From Escherichia phage vB_EcoM_JE01: a stretch of 64,000 nucleotides of DNA. Each line of letters opens with the position of its first letter. The first letter of the stretch is position 1. This document shows positions 51,530 through 64,000 of this stretch, piece after piece. The translations under genes were made by a program, and so were the position numbers. The notes under the pieces were generated by a model, which was not told where the DNA came from, did no database searches, and saw only the letters and a list, made by a program, of their open reading frames with translations. The stretch lies in sequence record PQ471460.1. One strand, written 5' to 3'.

Positions 51530-51537
51530 TATTTATA
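51530..51537 (-). promoter_or_regulatory. Late promoter (TATAAATA) for gene 22
   Basis: Plus-strand tatttata about 30 nt upstream of gp22 ATG, overlapping the end of gene 21. Confidence 0.6.
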
Positions 51538-52171
51538 ACGCTTTTTTCATGGCCTCTGCGAGAGCCATATAGGCGTCATCGGCACTTGTATCGGCTTCCG
51601 CCGTCTGTGATTCGGTAATTTCCTTAGGAGTTACCCATGCATCTGGAGCACTTGGACCCCATACTGCATCAACACCTACAGTTAATTTGAATCCTTCGTT
51701 TACGATACGATAACCTTTATTTGTGTCAGTCAATGAACCTAATCCACGAGAAGAAACTCCTGGAATCCATCCGGCACGAATATTAGCTGCTAATTTATCT
51801 CCAGGACCGTGGTCACCTTCAATAACACGAGCTCGTCCGTATACGTCATTTCCTTTCCACCACATATCTTCTATAATGATAGCGGCTTGCATCGGGTCAA
51901 CATTAGCGCGTGGAGGATGATTTAATTCTCCGAGAGCTTGTTTAGTTAAAACTTGCTCATTAATATAGTCTTTTACCGCTTTTTCTAATATGCGTTTTGG
52001 ATAAAGACGTTTATTTCTATTGACGACTTCTGCTTGCATGAATATTCCTTCGATGTATAAACCAGGTTTTAAACCTAAGTCTTTTCCATCGTGGGATTCA
52101 AGCATTGGCACACCATCAATAATTTCGCCAGGTTGACCCCAAGTTTCAATTAGTAATTGGGGTTCATTCAT
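51533..52171 (-). CDS. 21: gp21 prohead protease
   Basis: 212-aa ORF in the 20-67-68-21-22-23 order. Confidence 0.9.
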   Translation of the reverse strand: MNEPQLLIETWGQPGEIIDGVPMLESHDGKDLGLKPGLYIEGIFMQAEVVNRNKRLYPKRILEKAVKDYINEQVLTKQALGELNHPPRANVDPMQAAIIIEDMWWKGNDVYGRARVIEGDHGPGDKLAANIRAGWIPGVSSRGLGSLTDTNKGYRIVNEGFKLTVGVDAVWGPSAPDAWVTPKEITESQTAEADTSADDAYMALAEAMKKAL

Positions 52172-52596
52172 TAGCTTAATCCTAATGCTTTACGGCGTTT
52201 AAGAGCTTTTTTACGCTTACGCTGAGCACGAGATTGACCTGCTGGATTGGCAATCTTCGTTTTGGTAGCTTTGCGAGCAATTTGTCTACGTTTTGCTTTA
52301 GACAGCCCAGTGGTTTGAAATGCATTACGTTCGCGTGTTTTGCGATCTTTAGTACGTGTAATTTCACCACGAGCTGAAACGTGCTTAACAATGAATTCAT
52401 TTAACGGCATGTTTTCATTAATAGAAGCTAATGCAACTGCTAAATCAGTTTCATCATCAAGCATATTCTCGACAATTGTATTTATATCGTCTTTATTTAA
52501 AGCAGAAGACAATTCGTCAAAGCGACCCTGTGCTTCAGGAATAAGTGCTTCGACATTCTCGAGAACTAATTCATGAGTTTCAGGGATCAGAAGCAT
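52171..52596 (-). CDS. 68: gp68 prohead core protein
   Basis: 141 aa, basic C-terminus. Confidence 0.8.
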
Positions 52597-52837
52597 TATT
52601 CATCATCCTCGTCTTCGTCATCTTCGTCAGAGTCTTTGTCTTTTTTGTCGTCTTTATCATCACCGTCTTCGTCATCATCCTCGTCTTTAGGTTCTTCACC
52701 TTCGATTAAGAAATTACGAGCGATAGCGATTTTTTCTTCTTTAATTAAATCAATCGTTCTTGCAGCCATGGCTTCAGCAAATAATTTACGAGCGGCTACG
52801 AGGTCGTTTGATTTAATAGCTTCAATTAAACCTTCCA

Positions 52838-52838
<1 letters not shown>
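52596..52838 (-). CDS. 67: gp67 prohead core protein (highly acidic)
   Basis: 80 aa ending in an Asp/Glu-rich tail. Confidence 0.8.
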
Positions 52839-54463
<1,625 letters not shown>

Positions 54464-54495
54464 TTAAGCAGGATGGGGATTTCTCCCCATTCATT

Positions 54496-54987
54496 TTATT
54501 CCCAATAATCGAGAGCGAGAGTTACTTCAAAGGTTTGGATTTCATTGTTTGAATCCCAATCTAACTGAAGTTCACCCACGTTAGTAGGCCACAGGCCTTT
54601 AATTTCGACTTCTTTTGTTACAGTTTTAGCGTCACGAGCATATTGGCGTACAATAGCACTCTTTTTATACTCTGCTGGTTTTCCACCAGTAATTTCGTTT
54701 CCTTGTCCAGCAGCGATGCTTTGCCAGTCAACAAACTTCTGGCGTGCATCATGCGCCTCATCATTCATTACTGTAATAGTCCAGTCATCGAATGTACGAT
54801 CGCCTGCTACGTTAATTTTACGGTTCATAAATCCGACTGGAATTTTTTCTACAATACCAGCTGGTAAAGCAGTGGCTTTACATTGAAACGTAAAATTTTG
54901 TCCAAGATAAGAAATTTCTACTTGGAATAAGTTAGGTCGAGCAAAATCACCAGATTCAAACGCTCGTGTTACATCATCTACAAACAT
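54496..54987 (-). CDS. 19: gp19 tail tube protein
   Basis: 163-aa ORF. Confidence 0.9.
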   Translation of the reverse strand: MFVDDVTRAFESGDFARPNLFQVEISYLGQNFTFQCKATALPAGIVEKIPVGFMNRKINVAGDRTFDDWTITVMNDEAHDARQKFVDWQSIAAGQGNEITGGKPAEYKKSAIVRQYARDAKTVTKEVEIKGLWPTNVGELQLDWDSNNEIQTFEVTLALDYWE

Positions 54988-55060
54988 ATTAGCCTCTGTA
55001 GTATTTATATCCCTATGTTTAACCTAGGGCATATAGAATTAAAGAATTAAGGATATAGTG

Positions 55061-55068
55061 TATTTATA
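55061..55068 (-). promoter_or_regulatory. Late promoter (TATAAATA) for gene 19, next to a GAAA-loop hairpin
   Basis: Plus-strand tatttata 55061..55068; hairpin ggcctgccgaaacaggcc 55071..55088. Confidence 0.6.
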
Positions 55069-55094
55069 TGGCCTGCCGAAACAGGCCTTTAGAA

Positions 55095-55652
55095 TCATTC
55101 TAGTAAATCCCAAAGATCTACGCTATTTCTTTTTGACTTTTCTCGGTTAGATTCCCAAGTGATTATTTCTAAATTTTTTACGCTTGCTATAATTTCCGGC
55201 GGAATTAAATTATCAAATCCATATTTGATAGATACTTTATGATCGAGTTGGTAAGCACCTTCTACACCGCACACTCCTATTTTATCAGCATTCGGCCATT
55301 TTGACCAAATTTTTCTTATTTTAGCTGACTTAGTTATAGAATGAACTCTACTAGCATATAATGCAAACTCTTTTCTTTTACCAGTCCATCGAGGATGTTT
55401 ATCGCCTCTTTGCCATGGTCTGCTTATTCCGGATTGAACTTCCGAATTTTTAATAGCAACTTGTTTAATGCTGCATTTTCTACACGCATGTGTGGGTGTT
55501 CTATTTAAAAGCTGAATGCTTCTACTAAATTTAATACCGCATAAATCACATTTAGCGTCAACTATTTTATTACTATTCTTTGGCATTAATTCTATTGGAA
55601 CAGATACTGTATCATGATATGATACTTCATATCCTAGAATTGCCGACCACAT
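55095..55652 (-). CDS. HNH-family endonuclease, putative free-standing homing endonuclease (start uncertain)
   Basis: HNH core AYQLDHKVSIKYGFDNL...ITWESNREKSKRN; Zn-finger-like CDLCGIKF...CRKC; first ATG 55652 (track start 55739 is TTG and overlaps the gp18 terminator hairpin). Confidence 0.65.
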   Translation of the reverse strand: MWSAILGYEVSYHDTVSVPIELMPKNSNKIVDAKCDLCGIKFSRSIQLLNRTPTHACRKCSIKQVAIKNSEVQSGISRPWQRGDKHPRWTGKRKEFALYASRVHSITKSAKIRKIWSKWPNADKIGVCGVEGAYQLDHKVSIKYGFDNLIPPEIIASVKNLEIITWESNREKSKRNSVDLWDLLE

Positions 55653-55717
55653 TTTTGAATGATTTCTTGGTTTTATTGTAACAAACTTAGAAATAATCAC
55701 TTGTTTCCTCGAGAATA

Positions 55718-55731
55718 GGGGCCGAAGCCCC
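55718..55731 (-). terminator. UUCG-tetraloop hairpin immediately after gene 18
   Basis: Minus-strand GGGGCTTCGGCCCC; weak U-tract, so may be an RNA-stability element rather than a terminator. Confidence 0.45.
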
Positions 55732-55739
55732 ACAATCAA

Positions 55740-57719
55740 TTAACCTGCAAGACCAGTTAACTCATCGAAATCTGCACCAGTAGCAGTTGCGACGAAATTA
55801 AGTTGGATATAATTTATACTACGAGCCGGTTGGATGTAGAATGTTGCAACAAACTCATTTCTATCAATTACTGACGGAGTGTTATTTGTTGTATCGCAAA
55901 CTACACGATATTCATAAATTCCACCGAGAGCTTTAATTCCCTGTAAGTATTGGGCAGTTTCTGTGCGGAATGATGAACGAGTAAACGCGTTGTTTAATTC
56001 GAACAAACGATATTTTGAACTACGTCCGATATTCGTTTTCAACATATTAAACAGACGACGAACATTAATACGATCAAATGGAGAAGGAACAGAAGTAGCT
56101 GTTTTATCACCATACAATACGTAACCATCACCACCTGTACCGGTTACCGGGTTGATAGCTTCTTGGTATAAACGGTCGCGCTGCGCCTGGCGAGTTTCAA
56201 TAGCAAGTTTAATAACGTTAAGAATCTGGCCACGATTATAACCAGCTGGAGACATCCAAGTCTGAGAAACGTTATCGGTTCTTGCACATAAACCAGCAAT
56301 ATCAGCTGCTAATGGAACCCAACGATTCACATCATTATATTTGTCATACTGATATTTGTAGTTACCATCAATTGCTGCGTAGGTTGAACTGATATTAAAG
56401 TTATTATCAGTGTATGAACCCGTTGCAGTTCTCCAATTGACTAAGTTATCGACAGCACGAGTTACAGGAATTCCAACTACAGTTTCACGCGGTGGTGAGC
56501 ACAATACTAAGCAATCTTGGCGAGCATCCCCAATTGAAACGACGTGTTTTTGGACAGTAGATGCTGTTTCTAAAGATTCACCGGCACAAGAACCCGCAAT
56601 AAACAACTGAACGTCAACAGATTCACGGTCAGCAAAGAAGTCCCAGGCTTCCATCAAATCTCCTGCTGTTACTTCAGCATTTGATGATAATCCACCAGAC
56701 AGAGTTAAAATTCCAGAGAAGCCTTCTGGCCAGTTTTGTGCAGTTGCAAAAATATATTCTGAACCACCTTTTGCGAAAAAGTCATCAATATAGATGTTGC
56801 TATCGTAAATATCTTTTTCACCATGCTTTGTTGAAAGAACAACGCTTTGAACAATAGCATCATTACGACGAACTATAATAGCGTATTGTGAATCAGTTTG
56901 TGGTCCATATCCAAATACTGCTTTGGCAGTAGATGCGCGTGTTCCGCCACCTGGATAAATTGGGAGTAATGCAGAAGCTCCTTTTGCGTAGTCAGCTTTA
57001 GATACAATTTCGATTTCAATTTTATCGCCTAACTCGCCTGGATAAAGAGCTACTACTCCTGGAATTCCATATTTTTCGAGATTTGCTTGAAATTCAACCG
57101 CTGTCACAGCAGCTTCAGCATTTTCAATTTCAGCTAATAAAATACCGGAATCAGTAATAATTTTTCCAAGAGTTATTACTGCAGCTAAACCAGAGGAAGA
57201 CGAAGAAATTTCCGCGGTCCAGTTAGAACCTAATGCTGGATATTCACCGACTTCTTTCGCTTTAGCGATAATTTTTGCGGTAGGAATATTAATTTTCTTA
57301 ATTTTTCCATCAGCATCTACTTCGGTAATTTTACCCTCTGTTTCAACATTTTCTGAAACATACTTAACCGTGATTTTATCTCCAACCGCGTAGTTACTAC
57401 CTGGGGCTGAAATAGTGTATTCAATATTACCAGCAATCGGAGATGAGTTTTTAGCGGTATCTCTATCGACAGCACGCACAACTCGCAAATCATTTCCATA
57501 TTGTAAGAAATTCATTGCAGACATAAAATAATCAGCAGTTTCAGCTGTAGGTTGACCAAAAGTATTAACTAAATCTACTTCATTTGTAACCTGTTTAATC
57601 TGAAAAGCAGGACCCCACTGGAATTTACCGGCCAAAGCTGCTGTACCAGTAGAGTTATTAACAACGGTGCTTTGAACCGTAGTTTCTTTGAGCTCAATGC
57701 CCGGAGATAATAAAGTCAT
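55740..57719 (-). CDS. 18: gp18 contractile tail sheath protein
   Basis: 659-aa ORF. Confidence 0.95.
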   Translation of the reverse strand: MTLLSPGIELKETTVQSTVVNNSTGTAALAGKFQWGPAFQIKQVTNEVDLVNTFGQPTAETADYFMSAMNFLQYGNDLRVVRAVDRDTAKNSSPIAGNIEYTISAPGSNYAVGDKITVKYVSENVETEGKITEVDADGKIKKINIPTAKIIAKAKEVGEYPALGSNWTAEISSSSSGLAAVITLGKIITDSGILLAEIENAEAAVTAVEFQANLEKYGIPGVVALYPGELGDKIEIEIVSKADYAKGASALLPIYPGGGTRASTAKAVFGYGPQTDSQYAIIVRRNDAIVQSVVLSTKHGEKDIYDSNIYIDDFFAKGGSEYIFATAQNWPEGFSGILTLSGGLSSNAEVTAGDLMEAWDFFADRESVDVQLFIAGSCAGESLETASTVQKHVVSIGDARQDCLVLCSPPRETVVGIPVTRAVDNLVNWRTATGSYTDNNFNISSTYAAIDGNYKYQYDKYNDVNRWVPLAADIAGLCARTDNVSQTWMSPAGYNRGQILNVIKLAIETRQAQRDRLYQEAINPVTGTGGDGYVLYGDKTATSVPSPFDRINVRRLFNMLKTNIGRSSKYRLFELNNAFTRSSFRTETAQYLQGIKALGGIYEYRVVCDTTNNTPSVIDRNEFVATFYIQPARSINYIQLNFVATATGADFDELTGLAG

Positions 57720-57747
57720 TTTTAATCCTCTTTAATATGCTTTAATA

Positions 57748-60888
<3,141 letters not shown>

Positions 60889-60929
60889 GATTTCTCCTAA
60901 TCTGGGCTTTAATTAGTTTATAATATTTA

Positions 60930-62631
<1,702 letters not shown>

Positions 62632-62644
62632 TTAAAAATCCTTT

Positions 62645-62660
62645 GGGGCCTTGCGGCCCC
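62645..62660. terminator. Hairpin between wac and gene 13
   Basis: ggggccttgcggcccc palindrome. Confidence 0.5.
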
Positions 62661-62663
62661 ATG

Positions 62664-64000
62664 TTATGCTGGTGATAAAAAGGTAGAAAGTAGTACCCAT
62701 TCGCCGTCTTTACGAACGTAAGCTTGGCCATCTTTTGGAGCTTCAGGGATATAACCTGCTTCCTGTAAAGTCTGAACATCCCCCTGTAATGAAGATACAT
62801 TACTTTTAATACTACGCATTTCTTGATTAATAGAAGAAATGTTAGTTTCATTAGCTTTTATTGAATTAGTTAATCCGCGCTCTTCTACCGTTGAACCATT
62901 TGGATTTGTGCCGCTTACTAGTTTATTTAGTGCAACAACTTGGCCTTTAATTCCAGTAGTGTTATTACCAATTTCAACTTGTAAGTTTTGAACATCATTG
63001 TTCAGTCTATTAACTGAAGTTTCAACAGTTGAAACCCTATTTAAAAGAGACCCAGGAGGAGAAGGCTGACCTCCACTAGAATCAGTTCCAACGATTTGGT
63101 TTAGCCATGAAACGTTTGCTCGTAGTCCAGATGAAGTGTTTTCACCAACAATTCCATTTAAAAACTCAATTGATGTGGTATTATCTTTAATTCTACCTTT
63201 AATACTAGAAGGAATATCATCTGAGCCAATTGACGTTTCAATGACAGTCAATCGTTGTTTAATACCTCCGCTTTTATTTAGTTCATCATTTAAAGCTGAA
63301 ACTTCTCGTGTATTAGTGTTAACATCTGTGATTATTGAAGTATTTCCTGGATATCCAATAGAAGTTTTGATAGATTTAATTTCGGAACTAAGATTAATCT
63401 GCGATTGATCTAAATTATGAACACGTGAATATATGCTTTCACTGAATGAAGATGGTCTTTGTCCAAGTTCTTGTCTAAGATTTCCGACTTCAATTGTCAG
63501 TGAACCTACATCAGATTCAATAAATTTTTCTTCCAAATCACTTAGACGTATTCCTTGGGAAGTTATAGCATCTGTATTATTAATGATGCGGTGCTTCATA
63601 CCCGTGCTGCTATTTCCTACAACAGGAAGACCATTAATGTCTTGCCCAGCATATTGTCCTAATTCTCTTTTAATCCATAACAAATCATTTCTAATCGTTC
63701 TATAAACTGAATTTGCTTGCGAATTAAATGGACCAATATCAGAAAGAATATTATCAACCGTAGTATTTGTGCCATTTAATATATCAGTGTGTTCATTCGT
63801 GAGTGTCTTTAAATTTGATATATCATTTTTATTAATGCTGATCTGTGATAGCGCTTCTATATCTCCTGATACATCTAAAATGCCTTGAATGGTTTTAATA
63901 TCTTCCTGAGATGTTTCAATGGCAGTTTTAAGAATTCCTACATTTTCGTCGAGAACCTCGACATTTTTAAACACGGAAACAGTTGGTCTATTCATTGACC
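62664..64000 (-). CDS. wac: Fibritin (whisker antigen control), C-terminal part; N-terminus lies beyond the window end
   Basis: Coiled-coil segments and C-terminal foldon [30 protein letters not shown]; open frame continues to 64000. Confidence 0.9.
   Translation of the reverse strand, partial: SMNRPTVSVFKNVEVLDENVGILKTAIETSQEDIKTIQGILDVSGDIEALSQISINKNDISNLKTLTNEHTDILNGTNTTVDNILSDIGPFNSQANSVYRTIRNDLLWIKRELGQYAGQDINGLPVVGNSSTGMKHRIINNTDAITSQGIRLSDLEEKFIESDVGSLTIEVGNLRQELGQRPSSFSESIYSRVHNLDQSQINLSSEIKSIKTSIGYPGNTSIITDVNTNTREVSALNDELNKSGGIKQRLTVIETSIGSDDIPSSIKGRIKDNTTSIEFLNGIVGENTSSGLRANVSWLNQIVGTDSSGGQPSPPGSLLNRVSTVETSVNRLNNDVQNLQVEIGNNTTGIKGQVVALNKLVSGTNPNGSTVEERGLTNSIKANETNISSINQEMRSIKSNVSSLQGDVQTLQEAGYIPEAPKDGQAYVRKDGEWVLLSTFLSPA

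Noticed and set aside
55653-55739. N-terminal 29-codon extension of the HNH ORF from the ORF-track start
   Set aside because: The first codon is TTG and the extension runs through the gene 18 terminator-like hairpin; the first ATG (55652) is the more credible start, though still uncertain.

Overview
This window reads as a contiguous stretch of a T4-like (Tequatrovirus-type) myovirus genome, in reverse orientation to the conventional T4 map. It runs from the start of long-tail-fiber gene 35 and gene 34 (minus strand), through the early/middle block on the plus strand (rnh, dsbA, 33, 59, 32, frd, td with its group I intron and I-TevI, nrdA, nrdB, denA, rnlA, alc, pseT, cd, 31, rIII, the 30.x ORFs, DNA ligase 30, alt), then the late structural block, mostly on the minus strand (54, 48, 29, 28, 27, 51 | 26, 25, uvsY | uvsW, segE | inh, hoc, rnlB | 24, 23, 22, 21, 68, 67, 20, 19, 18, 17, 16, 15, 14, 13, wac partial). 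All calls rest on reading the supplied translations and DNA against remembered T4 protein sequences, gene order and promoter/terminator grammar; no database search was run. I found no CRISPR array, no tRNA/rRNA and no multi-gene block that looks like an undescribed system: the window is almost entirely syntenic T4 core. What stands out against my memory of reference T4: (1) two tandem Alt-type ADP-ribosyltransferase paralogs; (2) an HNH endonuclease ORF between genes 18 and 19; (3) an extra ORF between frd and td, which overlap in T4; (4) a different homing-endonuclease complement (td intron with I-TevI and segE present; nrdB intronless; nothing between nrdA and nrdB or between 59 and 32); (5) a ~54-bp promoter-containing repeat at two loci 15.7 kb apart. 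Several ORF-track starts are TTG/GTG artefacts and have been moved to the first ATG with a Shine-Dalgarno sequence.
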